The notes: a model not told the origin generated them from the letters alone. 44,261 nucleotides of DNA from Atractiella rhizophila (GCA_021432655.1 MU271563.1:1-44261), one strand, 5' to 3'; counted from the first letter of the stretch, positions 24,075-37,143 are shown. A program made the numbers and translations.

Positions 24075-27000
24075 ACGACCCCACAGGGACAATGGTGACG
24101 ACTTTGGGTTTTTTTGCTACAAAAAGTGTGATGCCATTCATAGATTTGAGAAATTTAAGAAACCGTGACAACATATGTTCAGCTCCATTGCTTAGATGTT
24201 ATCGTCAAGTGGAATAGCTTATCGGGTAACGATTATGAGAGCAATCAATACGGAAAGTAGTGGTTCCCCATTCCTGGCCTGCAGGGTCAATGGTGAACCT
24301 TGATTCACCTGACTGTAACACGCTCACGTGCATTGCGTCACTGCTCCCTCCTCCATCACAATAGCTCATCCAGCATTCCTTCAGCCCTCAGGAGCCCATC
24401 AGTATCATAAAACAAGCTCTTAGGTTATGACCAGACCAAAACAACAACCTGCCAAATCTCGAAAAGTGAAGACTGAAGCTCTCAACAAATCCGAAACCTA
24501 TGCTCGACAGCTCATTCAAGACACCCCTGCCTACATCAAGAGACAGGCCAAGAAGAAGGGAAAGCAGTTTCCAATCGATGTTACTGCCATAGCGAGAACA
24601 TTTAGCGTTCCTCGCCAAAGCCTCGTGAATCGACTGCAGGGCCATCGAACGAAGGACGAAGACATGCAGTCACGGCAAAAGCTGACACCAGCTCAAGAGG
24701 ACGCCATTGTCGAAATATGCAACTTCTGCGAACGGATCTTTTACCCTGTCACGAAGCAGTACATCATCAACTTTGCGAAAGAGCTTTACATAGAGACCCA
24801 CCCGGAAAAATCAGCGGATGGTCTCAGCAGTCGCGGCTGGTACGAGGGGTTCATGAAACGCCATCCGGAATTCGCCAATCGAGTAGCCCGACGGATTGGG
24901 AAGGAACGTATCAACATCTCGTATCAAGAGTTAGAGAAGTGGTGGGAGGAGCTGGGAAAGGCTTGCGAAGAATATGGGATTGTGGATGCTGATCAAGTGA
25001 ATTGTGTTGATGAGAAGGGGTTTATGCTTGGAGTCTCTCAGAAGGAGCATGTGGTGATGAGAAGGAAGGATCAAGTAAAGAATCCTCAATTTGTAATGGG
25101 TGAGTTTTCCGCTTCTGTTTGTTTGATGGCTAAGGGGAGAATACTGTAGATGGGAATCATGAGTGGGTGACAGTCATCGAATGTATCAATGCTAGTGGTA
25201 AAGCAGCTAATCCCATGATTATTTTCGCTGGAAAGAACTTCATGAAGAGCTGGATGGAGGGAAGAATCAAGACGGCACGTTATGCTAAGTCAGAGAGCGG
25301 TTGGACCGACGACGAACTAGGCCACAAGTGGCTAGCCTTCTTTGAGGAGGAGAATCGCCGCCCCGATCGTAAATGGCAGCTTCTCTTGATGGATGGCCAT
25401 GGCTCTCACCTCACCTTCTCCTTCCTCCGATTCGCACTCGCTCATTATATCCTTCCCTTCGTCCTCATCCCTCATACTAGCCATCTCACCTCCCCACTAG
25501 ACGTTGCGATTTTCAGCTTTCTGCAGCTGTCTTATTCTCGGACATTGGATAACGAGCTAAGGGAGAGGAGGGACATAAAGAAGAATCGATTTTCATATTA
25601 TTTTAGGGAAGCCAGGAAGAATACTTACACGCCAGATCGGATCAAGAAAGCATTCGAAGTCTCCAGAATGTGGCCCGTCGACATCAGTGCGAATCATGGT
25701 CTGGAACCTCTTCGTCGACTTGCACAAGAAGCAGCCAACCCTAGATCATCCCCCTCAATAACACTCTCTTCTGCCTTCACTGATCCCTTCCATAAGCTCA
25801 CCCCCAATACCTCAAGACGAACTGCAGACCTTCTCCTTCTTAACAACCGACCTTCCACCGCTGATCTCCAAACCACCGAAGGACGAGCACTCAAGATCGT
25901 CGAGGGTCTACAGGCATCTAATCAACGCCTTCAGGCACTTGTCATACAACAGAATAAGGAAATCCAACAATGGAAGAACTCGTACATTGAGTCAAAGGCG
26001 ACCCGGACCCAGAAGGTTGTAAAGAAAGGTGTTGGAGCGATTAAAGCAGCTCAACTGGATGCGATGGAGGAAGCCGAAGTGAGGGCAGAAGAAGAGCATC
26101 AAGCAAAAAGGGATAGGAAGGAGCAAGAGAGGTTGGAGAAGCGGGAGAAGATGGAGGCCGCATATCGAGGGGAAGTGGAGGAGAGGCTGCGCGATTATAT
26201 TGCCAGCGGAGAAGGTGGTACCGCGTCTCAGAGAAGAGCTGGCGCTACAGGTGCTGCTCGGTCTGGAAGTGGTAGGGATGGAAGCAAGCGAAGTAGGAGG
26301 AAGAATGTCCAGATCAAGATGGGTACAAAGGTGGACACAGAAAGGGAGGTGGAGATTGAATTGGAGGTGGGAGAGGCATTGGAGCAAGAGTTAGGGATTG
26401 AAATAAACCCAACTGTGAGTTCATACCTTATGAGGGGAGCTAAAGGATCGGGAGGAAAAGAGAAGGAAGAAGTGCAGGAGGAGCAGGACGTTGTGATGTC
26501 GGATGAGTATGTACATCCTGGCTTCGAAGAGGACCACCAGAGCTCAGAGGATGGTTTGGATGGACTGCTGGACAATGCTAAAGATGTAGAGATGGGCATG
26601 GAAGAAGCAGAAAGCCCTCTTAAGAGCCGGAGTGGCAGAGTGCTTAGGCAACCGAAGGTGTTCTCCCCTTCATGATAACTGGGCTTGTTTCTCATTTATC
26701 GACACATCACATGTTTATAGCTTTGGATAAACAAAGTAGATTGCAAATTATGTATAGAGAGTTTACTACATGACAAGCAGCAAAATGAGAACTGGCTATG
26801 ATATTTACATCACTTTATTCGCGTTCCAAGCTCTAAAAGGTCTGATTACAGGTTGTATATCGTAGGTCTAGTTTGTCGCCACTTGCTAGATACTCTGTCA
26901 CGAAATTTCGAACATTCAGGAAAGCATTAAGCATGAGAGAAGAGGAGAATAGGACAAGTTCGACATATTCAATATGTGAAAGTCAGTCAAATTAGTAGCA

Positions 27001-27152
27001 ATCCAGCTCATTTTCGGGATATAGAACGTACTCACTTAGTTCCACATAATACTAAAGAATCAAGCGAAGAGCCTCCATAGTCATCGAAATACCAAGTGTC
27101 GAAAATTAAGTTCACCACTCAGCATGTTTCACCGTTGTCCCTGTGGGGTCGT
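24075..27152 (+). mobile_element. Full-length Fot1/pogo (Tc1/mariner superfamily) DNA transposon
   Basis: 24-bp TIRs ACGACCCCACAGGGACAAYGGTGA (1 mismatch); TA TSD at 24073-24074 and 27153-27154; 3078 bp. Confidence 0.96.
24427..26675 (+). CDS. Fot1/pogo DD35D transposase (732 aa, one intron)
   Basis: Exons 24427-25099 and 25150-26675 with a 50-bp GTGAGT..TAG intron. HTH/CENP-B N-terminus, VDEKGF, LMDGHGSH and SPLDVAIF, with 35 residues between the last two Asp. Confidence 0.92.
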
Positions 27153-30100
27153 TATACCTCAAACTGCACAAGTTTCACCTTATGCAGGAATCAGACTTGC
27201 CCCACCCTCTACCTTCAAAGGAGTGCCTAGCTTGGTGCTGACCTTTCTTCGCGAAATTTACGTCTACACATCTGCCATCCCAGGATAGTTCCCTTCAGAA
27301 AGGTCAAAAATTTTATTTACTCTATCGTATATGAAAGAAGGAGATGCTGAAAAATTCGACGCTGGGATACTGCGCCCACTTGTCAACAATGAAGAACAGA
27401 TTTCGTGGGAGCAATTTTTGTCGGAGTTCAGATGGCGTTTTTGCAAAACTGACCACAAACTTATTGCGCAAACGAAACTGTCTTCCCTGCAACAGAAGGG
27501 CAACCTAGAGTCCTACATCATCAAGTTTGAGGAGTTGGCAAATCAGGCAGACTTTGATGATGAGGTGCTCACATTTTTCTTCAAACGGGGCCTCAATCCT
27601 GCCCTGCACCTTAAAGTGACACAAGGTGATTTCCCCAAGTCCCTTGAAGAGTGGAAGGAAAAAACGCGGCGAATCGACGCAGAAGAATTTGCCCATTCCA
27701 GCTTCTTTTGGGGCATCTCATTGGCGACGAGTGGAACCCAAAATACACCTTCAGCAAAGAAAGATCACTCAAAATCTACGAAACAGAAGGACAACAACGG
27801 ACCCCCTCTGTACCGACCGAGCGCCGCTTTGTCGCCCATCGCCACTTCACAACCTCATGAAGCAAAAGACCCCGACGATATGGAGGTAGACGCAACGAAG
27901 TTCAGACCGCCTCGTTGTCGAAGATGCCGAGAGATCAGACACAGAGAGAAGGAATGCGAGGTGTCCATGAGTAAGGAGCAATATCTTCGTGCACAAGGAG
28001 AATATTTCGACTCTCGTCTCGTAGAACAAGAACGACAATCTGTGCAAATCGCTGACCAGTCGCCGAAAACAAGCGTCGCTCAATCATCGGATCTGGATGA
28101 GGATTTTTGAGACGGCGATGGGTGAAAGGGGTGTCCCTGTCGCCGACTTGCAATTCATTTTCATCATCTAGAGTCACTTCCAACAAAGTGCCGCTTTGCG
28201 CAGATTTCCCTTCTCCCGAACAGGACTCCCCATTTCCAAAATTGCGTTTTCCATCTTGGAGACAAAGATGCGCTGATGTCGCAAAAATGTACGACAAAGT
28301 CCATTTATGTTCGACGACATGCATCCCTAGTCAGTTCGAAAACGAAACTCAGGACCGCTTTCCATCACCCTCGGCGCTCGTTGACAGCGGGGCAACTACT
28401 TCCTTTATTTCTCCAAAACTCGTTTCTGAATACAACCTACCCATCACTCAACTCCCTTCCCCAGTGCCCGTTTACAGTATCGACGGATCTCTCAACCAGG
28501 GGGTTCCATCCATTCTGTCGCTTATTTACCCATCTCGATCGCCGCCTATCACGAAGTTTGGCAATTTGCGGTGGCGGAGTTGGGGATAGTCGACGTGATT
28601 CTGGGTCATGACTGGCTAAGACACCACAACCCAGAGATTAACTGGGCATCAGGGAAAGTTGAGTTCTCTCGTTGCCCCACCAGTTGCAATGCGGTTGATG
28701 TGTCCACCACACGAGACCAACTTCCATCGTCCTCTGCCTTAATACGCGCTGCCATGACAAAATCGCAGAAACTGACGAAAGACGCAGCGGCGATGAGACC
28801 AAAGAGTGTTGTCGAAATACCGACGCAAATCGCCGATTTTGCAGACATTTTCGACGACAAAAAATTCAAAACCTCTCTTCCCCCTCGATGACCTTCGGAC
28901 CATGCCATCAACCTCAAACCAGAAGCTCAACCATATACTGGTCCCGTCTACCCCTTGAAAAGAGACAAACAAGCGGCGCTTGACCAATTCATTGACGCTG
29001 AACTGAGCGCCGGTCGTATACGTCCTAGCACAGGTGAACATGGTGCGTCCGTCTTTTTTACACACAAAAAAGACTCACCCGAACTTCGTCCCCTTTTCGA
29101 CTATCGTAAGTTGAATGAAGCCACAATCAAGGACAAAACTCCACTCCCTATCCAAGCTGGCCTCTTCTCCATGGTCTCTGGTAAGAAACTTTTCAGCAAG
29201 ATTGACCTGAGAAAAGGTTTCAACAACGTTCGCATCAAAGAAGGAGACGAGCACAAAGCGGCGTTTCGCACAAATCGCGGACTTTTCGAACCATTGGTGA
29301 TGTATTTTGGTCTCTGCAACTCACCGGCGACTTTTCAGGCTTTCCTGAACTCTATTTTTCGCGCGATGATCGCTGCTGCGTTCATCTTCATATACATTGA
29401 CGATATCCTCATTGCGACAGAGCCTGAAGAACATTGGGAACGTGTTCGACAAGTTTGTCAAATTTTACGCGAAAATGGGCTTTACGTAAATTTGCAGAAA
29501 TGCGTTTTGTGTCAAGAGGAGGTGGAGTATCTAGGCTTGATCATTTCCAGCAGAGGGATCGAACCAGATCCTGTGAAAGTTGCAGGAGGTGATGGATTGG
29601 CCGGAACCAAAAAACATGAAGGAAGTCCAAATGTTCCTCGGTTTCGCTGATTTCTATCGCCGCTTTTGCGACAGATTCAGCCACATCGCACGACCTTTAT
29701 ATGAACTGACAAAAATGGAGGTTTCCTGGGTATGGGGAGTAGATCAACAACGTTCGTTCGCCGCTTTGAAACAACTCATGACTTCGGTGCCAGTTTTGGC
29801 GCATCCGGAACAAATAGGACGGTTTTTGCTCGAAGTCGACGCGTCAAATTTCGCGACAGGCGCCATTTTGTCGCAAATGAAGCCTGATGGGAAGTTTCAC
29901 CCTCTCGGTTTCGTGTCAAAATCGCTCGACGCTGCCCAGAGGAACTATGACACCTACGACAAAGAAATGCTTGCGATTATGCGTGGACTGCAAGAATGGA
30001 GACACATTCTTCAAGGTACTGATGAGCCATTTCTGATCTTGACCGATCACAAAAATCTTGAGTATTTCAGAATGCCACAAAAGTTGAATCGGCAACAGGC

Positions 30101-32415
30101 ACGCTGGATCACCGAACTTGTATCTTTCAACTTCACTCTTTTACACCGTCCTGGATGAAACTCCGCAAAACCAGATGCGCTCAGTCGGCGACCGGATCAC
30201 AAACCGGCGACTTGCGACAACTTTGACGTAGTATTACTCCCAGAACTTTTTTTCAACAGGATCGTATCACGATCAACGCCACTGGGAGCGCGGTTGCGCT
30301 CACAAGACACATGTCGGAGTTGAGTATACTGGAACGTGTGAAAAAGGTACCTGAACGGGAAGAACAAGTAGTCAAAGCCTTGAGAGAGATCCTAGACGAA
30401 CCAGTCGATGCAATTCACCGACGGGAGTGGCAAGAAGTAGATGGCGCTGTCTACTTTCGCGGAAAACTCTACATTCCCCGCGACGACGAAATTCGCCGCT
30501 CGATTTTGCAAGACCTGCATGATTCGCAAATCGCCGGTCATCCAGGCGTAAAATCGACGACTGCTCTCGTAAAAAGGTACTACTGGTGGCCAGGTTTGGC
30601 GCATTACATTCGCTGCTATGTCGGCGCCTGTCACACTTGCCACAGAACGAAAAACTTTCCTTCCCCACCTGTCGGGTTTTGCAACCAAATGACATTCCCA
30701 CACGTCGCTGGCAAATTGTCAGCATGGACTTGGTTGGACCACTCCCAGAATCTGGGGGGTTCAACATGATTTGTGTCATAGTGGACAGACTCTCAAAACG
30801 CACCCATCTCATCCCCATCCATTCGCGATGGATGCAGAGGGCCTTGCAAGACTTTTTCGCGACCACATATGGAAGCTACATGGAAAAAGAGTTTGTGTCT
30901 AAATTCACATCTGCGCTTTTTTCGCCTATTGGGTATCAAAGGCTCACCATCAACAGCCTATCATCCACAAAGTGATGGCCAGACTGAATGTATGAACCAA
31001 GAAGTTGAGCAATATTTGTGCATTTTCTGCAATCACCTTCAGGATAATTGGATGGAAGGACTCCCCAATGCAGAATTTGCGCTCAACAATCGCATCAGTT
31101 CGGCGACGGGCATAACTCCATTTTCGCTCGATTGTGGTCAACATCCCCGTATGGCCTTTGAACCCATCTCCGACGAGGACATTCCCGCAGCGGCGCAATT
31201 CGTCGAAAAGATGCAAATCGCCGACCGGGAAGCACAAGGGGCACTCGAGCAAGCAGCAGATCTCATGGCAAAACATTATGACAGAAAACGCGCACCGGCG
31301 CCCGAATATCATGTCGGCGATTTCGTCTGGTTGAGCGCGAAAAACATCAAATCGACGAGACCTGTCAAAAAGTTGGACGACAAATGGCATGGCCCTTTTC
31401 GCGTTTTGCAAGTTTTGGGTCCCCTCAACCTTAAACTCGAGTTGCCATCCTCATGGAAGATACATCCAGTGTTCCATGTGGGCCTAATACGAAAAGTCAA
31501 CAAAGACGACATCCCTGGCAGAGTCCAGTTGCCCAAACCACCTCCGGAATTGGTGAATGGAATTGAGGAATGGGAAGTAGAAAAAATAGTTGATGGGAAA
31601 TGGTTCGGTACCCAAAATAGAGTTTTCAAATATCGCGTTCGATACAAAGGGTATTCACCATCTGAAGACGAGTGGATCAACATCACAGATCTAGAAAATT
31701 CGCAGGATGCTATAAAAGACTATCACACTGCACACCCTCTCACAGTTCGTCCCGATTCCATACCGAACTCCGCCAAAAATCACCCAAATGCGCTTTTTCG
31801 CAACCTTCGACGAAAACGCGCTGAAGGGTCTTCCTCACTTTAAGGGGTCCAATACCCCTATATGCCTTGCCGGATGAAATCCTAGTCTTTGATACTTAGG
31901 TCAAGGCAAGGCGCCGACTTGCTCCTCAACGGGCAGGTCGGCGACTTAGGCGACGAATGGACTCACCAATGACCGTCAAAGACGAATGCTCATTGTGTTC
32001 TTGCACCATCACCAATGTCGCATTTATGAAAATTGCCCTCAATCGTGAGGTCCCCTCCCCATCACTTCAAGAGGACCTACTCCTCTACACGCCTCGCTGG
32101 GTGAATCCCTAGTCACATTGTTGAACATAGGTCTAGGGGAGGCACCGGTCTGTTCCTCAACGGACAGATTGGCGACCGGCTTGTTGGTGAGTTGTCCAGC
32201 CCGTTTTCGCAGAATGGGCACTTATTACACCAAAACAACACCTGGTCAACTTCGGAAAAATTCATCAAATTGCGAAGTACATAATGTCTCTTTACTCCGA
32301 CGATTTCATCTCCTTGCAAGCGGCGCCTTGCACTTTAGGCATTTTTGGCAAATAGGCAAACCTCACGAAGCAGAAGTTTCTGCCTGCAGCAAGCACCACA
32401 GAAACTGGGGGGTAT

Positions 32416-32911
32416 TGTCAGGTTTGCATCTTACGCAAATCGGCGCCCATTCGCCGGATTGCGTCTCCTATGGCCCATTTACGTTCACCGCGAATCAGCG
32501 CCCGTTTGCCCATTTGCATTCTATGCAAATCAGTGTCCCGTTGCCACTCTGCCTCTCCCATCGCCTGTTTGCACACAATGCAAATCGGTGCCCGGTCGCC
32601 CGTTCTCCCATTTGTGCCTACATTACCACTTAGCCCAAATTGTGTCTATTCTCCTCTTATTAACCCCAGGTAATCCCACTGTCACTTTCCCCTTTTAGTT
32701 CTCTTACATGTTTCATCTGCTCTCCTCTACACTCTGTGGAGATAAACCTAAGAGCAGATATGACATGAAGACTAACCTGTAGTGGAGATAAACCTAAGAG
32801 AATACGCTAAGGTCACTTCCACTACTCTCCAATCTATATACAAGCGGAATAACACTGCCACACTATAGATGCATCGCCCGTTGGCGACCACACATAGTGT
32901 CTGCCCTAACA
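32416..32911 (+). mobile_element. 3' LTR, subfamily B, with internal inversion
   Basis: TGTCAGG...CTAACA ends; preceded by a PPT; 32740-32857 is inverted relative to the 5' LTR. Confidence 0.9.
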
Positions 32912-34056
32912 CCATTCTCCAATAAAGCATGTGACTCAGTAATGCTTGCACTGAAAGATCAGGCAACAGCTAGTCAGCAAACACCCTGGTAAATGAAGGT
33001 CTCACAATTCTGATTGTTGGACTACTCGATAATCCTGAGCACACTCAGATTTGGCTCAGCTCAAATCACTGAAAGGTCACACTCATGCTTGTATGACACT
33101 TTACCTCTCCTACATCTCAACTACTCATTTCTACTCCACCTCACTCAACTATGATTGTTCTGCCGCTCCATCTACTGCAGCTTCGACTAGGTCTCATCCT
33201 TGCAAATCCACCGCCAGCTGACGAAGAGCATGAGAGATGGATGATGACGTCTGACGCCTGTGAAGCTATACATTTAAGATCAGTGAGTGAAGACAATATA
33301 GGTTTCATGATCAAGGCCTACACAGAGTGGGCTAGCTCCTAATTAGCCCAAATCATCTGGATGTTGATGGGAGTGGAAGGCAGTGAATCTACTTCTCCTT
33401 ATAACTTTGACGATGGTGTTATATCGGTAAAGAAACACTTGCCATTTCTGGTAGCCGAAGATGCTATGTGGGAGAATATGGAGAAGGTGATTTAGCAGTA
33501 AGAGGTGAAGAGGCGGGCGATGTAGCCGGTCGTTGAGAGTCAAGTGCCTGTGCAAGAGCAGTGACTCTATAAGTGGTACAATGTAAACACACTACTATAG
33601 CAGCATCAGGCTGGCCATGAAGGATTTGAGCTTAGTATGTATCTAGCCAAACTGTACTGAAGGTATTCTACATTCCATTATGCAGAAATAGAGAGAAAAC
33701 CTACAGTAGAATCTGCAATGGTTTCTCGTGCAAACATGCAGCCAATATGACATCCGGTCTGTGCAGCTCTGAGTTGGACCAGTAATCCACAATCACATAT
33801 TACGTAGCCATCATCATTCCAAGTTGTAATTCGGTGAGGATACAGCGGAACAGTTCCGAGCTCTTGCTGTGTAGTTTGGGAGGAATAGGCTCGTTGGGAC
33901 ATTGTGAGTTGAATGAGCATGGAGATCATCTTTGGAAACATATATATTGACCGCCTCCGGACACGACGTCTGTTGTAGGCATTGCAGCGGGATTGACTAT
34001 CAAGTCCATTTGCGCATAGCAGGAACCACGAATGCGCAAACAGTTAAGGAAGAATC

Positions 34057-34578
34057 TGTTAGGGCTGACACTATGTGCGGTCGCCGATGGGCGATGTGTC
34101 TGTAGTGGAGGTAAACCTAAGCGAATACTATAGCATGAGAAGACAGACCTGTAGTGGAGGTAAACCTAAGAGAATACTCTGAGGTCACCACCACTACTAC
34201 TCGATGTATATACATATGTAAAGGCACTGCCATAAACTGTAACGTATGCATCTTTGAAACATGTAAGGCAACTAGTTCAGGAAAGCAACAAAGGGAATAC
34301 TTGGAAATAAGAGATACTGAACAGTACTAGAGAGAAAGGGTAGTAAGGCGAAAAGGTAACGGTGCAGACCGGCGAAGTGTATAAGGTTTGCTGAGTGGCG
34401 ATATGTGTGAGATAGGGGAAGGCGACGATCAGCGCGAACGTGAGCAAAGCGGCGATGGGCAGGCACGCGATCCTATGACGTGGTGAAAGTAGGTCACGTG
34501 ACTTCAAGTGGTGTATTTCGGTAATGTGTAGGGGCAAGCCTGACAGGGCGCCGATCTGGGTGAGATGCAAACCTGACA
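34057..34578 (-). mobile_element. Chimeric solo LTR (complete A-type LTR plus 33-bp B-type terminus)
   Basis: The A end ...AAGCCTGACA at 34545 is followed by GGGCGCCGATCTGGGTGAGATGCAAACCTGACA. TSD GAATC (34052-34056 and 34579-34583) flanks the whole unit. Confidence 0.9.
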
Positions 34579-34599
34579 GAATCATTGCTAAGGGGCTGA

Positions 34600-35130
34600 A
34601 CCATTATGGACCAATTTTCGAAATGTTCTAAGCTTAATGGCGCGTCTTGCAAGAATGTGAAATTTAGGATTCACATTCTTGATTTAGTCATAATTCATCC
34701 AAGATTCAAGACTTATTCCACCAGGAGTGTGATTGTGTTAACGATTTGTCCAACATCGCCATTTCTTAGTGATACCTTGATGCTACATACTCCGATTGGA
34801 GCAATAGGAGCAACACCTGGAATGTAGTACACAGTGCTATCTATTCCTCTAAGATTCATCAGTTCTTGGCGTGAGTCATAAAACGCACTTTTGAGTGTTC
34901 CTACCTTCCTCAGCAGGCACGTTAAAGTGAAACTAATTACACCATCTTATTGCATATGCTTGCGCCTTTGTGAATCTCCAAGGAAATTTATTCTGCAGAG
35001 GTAAAAAAAAGTGTTCCATAGTAGACTCGAACCCTTACAAGGGTCAGTAGGGTTCAAGGAGCCATGCCCCTTGCGGGTGGGTTGGGGGCCTGAGGGACGA
35101 AGGCTGAGACACACTTGTGATGCTAAAAAA
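34600..35130 (-). pseudogene. Ty3/gypsy fragment related to the 14400-16630 remnant
   Basis: ~34845-35125 aligns with ~15690-15970 (CTCTAAGATTCATCAGTTCTTGGC...GGGCCTGAGGGACGAAGGC). Confidence 0.7.
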
Positions 35131-35260
35131 CGGCCAGAAGGGATACACGAAGCAGTCAGAAGGAAGACAGTGCAGGGAGCCTGTGTGCGGCGGAGGGAAC
35201 ATTCCATAGGTCAATGAATTTCGAATGATTCAACCCGCAGTCGTTGAATGTTAATTTGCT

Positions 35261-35359
35261 CTTATTTGCCACTCGAACATCTCGAACATGTTTGTCACTC
35301 GAACTTATGTTTGTCACTCGAACTTATTTGTCACTCGAAACTTATTTGTCACTCGGAAC
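35261..35359. repeat. Tandem array of ~5 x 17-19 bp (TTATTTGTCACTCGAAC)
   Basis: Directly visible, ~145 bp upstream of the ATG at 35504. Confidence 0.88.
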
Positions 35360-35503
35360 CAATTGAACGAACTGTAACGTATTTCGGTATAAGCTACTAG
35401 TATTCACCCCTCCCCATCTTTTCTCTCTCGGCCCTTGTTATTGTAAAGTGAACTGGTGCTCTAGGTACGGTTTGAACTTTCTGCTTCCTTGGTCTCACCT
35501 GAG

Positions 35504-37143
35504 ATGTCACAGGTCTTGCCTGGGTTATACGCAACAAACCTTTTCCAACAACGCAAAGACAACATGGACTTACGGAATAGAAATCTACTACGAACATGTA
35601 CGGCATCTTCATTGGAGGATTTTCCTCAACAGAGTGGATCTGGACGTCATGCTTCCGCAGATAACACTAGGCAACGCAAAACAAGACGCAACGCTACAAG
35701 AGACCCACTTTTTTCAATACGCCGCTTCAGCTCTCGAACTCGACTCCCTATTAGTTCCATTCATCGACATGAGCTGCTCGAGAACCCGTTCTATCGCAGA
35801 TACATCTGCGACGCATCGACGCTGCCAACACTTACTGGACACAATCTCACGTCTCCAGGAGCGAACAAGTTCCAAGCAGATTTGTCAGATTGGAACGATG
35901 AACACGTCCTTGCTTGCCGCGTCGTCCCATTGACGGGATTGCCCATTCAGCGTGTCATCCCAGAGGAATACTTCGAGGATGTCTCAGGTAGGATACGGTT
36001 GACAATGCGGCATGGCTGACAGAACTTTAGAGCTTGAGCAACGCCTCATTCTGGACTTCGAACGATTCTCCGTGGAGGAGCTGGAGTATGGTTGTGCTGA
36101 GGATATCCCTCGCAGAAACTTGATGTCGAAACCGTTGCAATCACTGAGACGTATTCTAGCAACTGACTCCATGGTTGATGTCGGGCATGCCTGCTGTCTC
36201 GTTGAAAGAATTCTTTCACCGCTCTTGCAAAACTCTGTTTTGAATTTAGAAAACAAGAGATTCAAGTTTCGTCTCGAGTAAGCGCTCCATCCAGAAAGAC
36301 TATTATTGATTGTTGCTAGCACGCAACCGAGAGTAGAAAATAGCGTGACCTTGGGTGGTGAAACAAATTGGAAACTTTCCACCTTATCTTCATTGGTTTT
36401 TAAAGACGTGACGGAGTCCGAAATGCATTTCTTGGACTTGGACAAGGAAGACCGTATTCCAGTCGTTGGGTTTTACTTCCAGGTTACCTTTCCTTCAAAA
36501 CCGTTTTATTTTTCCAACTAATGCGTCTTACCTCAGCACCGTAAAGCATTTGTTCCGGGGCCGCGTGAGGGAGATGGCTCGGGTTGGAGCCTATACGATG
36601 ATTCGGATGTCAGCTCTATCTGCTCTGATGTCGGCTCAGATGTCGGCTCTATTTTCTCTGCCTCCCCACCACCTCCACGGCCGACAGAGTCCATACATCT
36701 GAGAGGGGTCAACATTCCTAGTCCTTCTTCGTATGCTCAAGAGCTTGGCATGATGATAGTACACATCATGGCTAACAGCACATTTTACGGCGTTGGAGAT
36801 TGCGAGGTACGCATAGCTAGTGTTCTTTACGAGGTTGCTGAGTGCTGTTGCTGTCTAGGCTTTTGTTATCGGCATGAACCACACTAGGATGCACATCTCC
36901 GCCGCTTTCTTCCCTTCAGAGCACATCGTCGAAGCGATGAAGAACCCTGTCCTCCCGACAGACTCACTAGTCTACTTTCTTCAGAGTGAGGAGTTTGACC
37001 TTGCGCTGCCAGAGGGAAGAAGGGACGGCCTAAGGGCACTTATAGCACTATTCAAATATATGCTTTCCGGTAAAGTAAAGATTGGGAGAATGAAGAAATT
37101 TGCGAAGGAATTGAAAGCTCGCCGTGCGGAACTGAAGCGGTAG
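35504..37143 (+). CDS. Hypothetical protein (5 exons, ~482 aa), possibly a PD-(D/E)XK-like fungal family
   Basis: Exons 35504-35987, 36031-36277, 36320-36482, 36537-36806 and 36859-37143 splice in frame via canonical introns. C-terminus AQELGMMI..AFVIGMNHTRMHISAAFFP..SEEFDLALPEGRRDGLRALIALFKY. Confidence 0.7.

Larger units (their letters stand above)
23753..31843 (+). pseudogene. gag-pol of the chromovirus (gag, Zn knuckle, protease, RT, RNase H, integrase, chromodomain), disrupted
   Basis: SWEQFLSEF..KLSSLQQKGNLESYIIKF; CRRCREIRHREKEC; ALVDSGATTSFI; YIDD; LEVDASNFATGAIL; TAYHPQSDGQTE; chromodomain EEWEVEKIVD..YRVRYKGYSPSEDEWI. Several frameshifts and stops; split by the pogo element at 24075-27152. 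Confidence 0.92.
23242..32911 (+). mobile_element. Chromoviral Ty3/gypsy retrotransposon (Tf1/sushi-like), interrupted by a pogo element
   Basis: 5' LTR 23242-23712, gag-pol, PPT-like GGGGGGTAT, 3' LTR 32416-32911. Flanks GAATC/CCATT do not match as a TSD. Confidence 0.88.
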
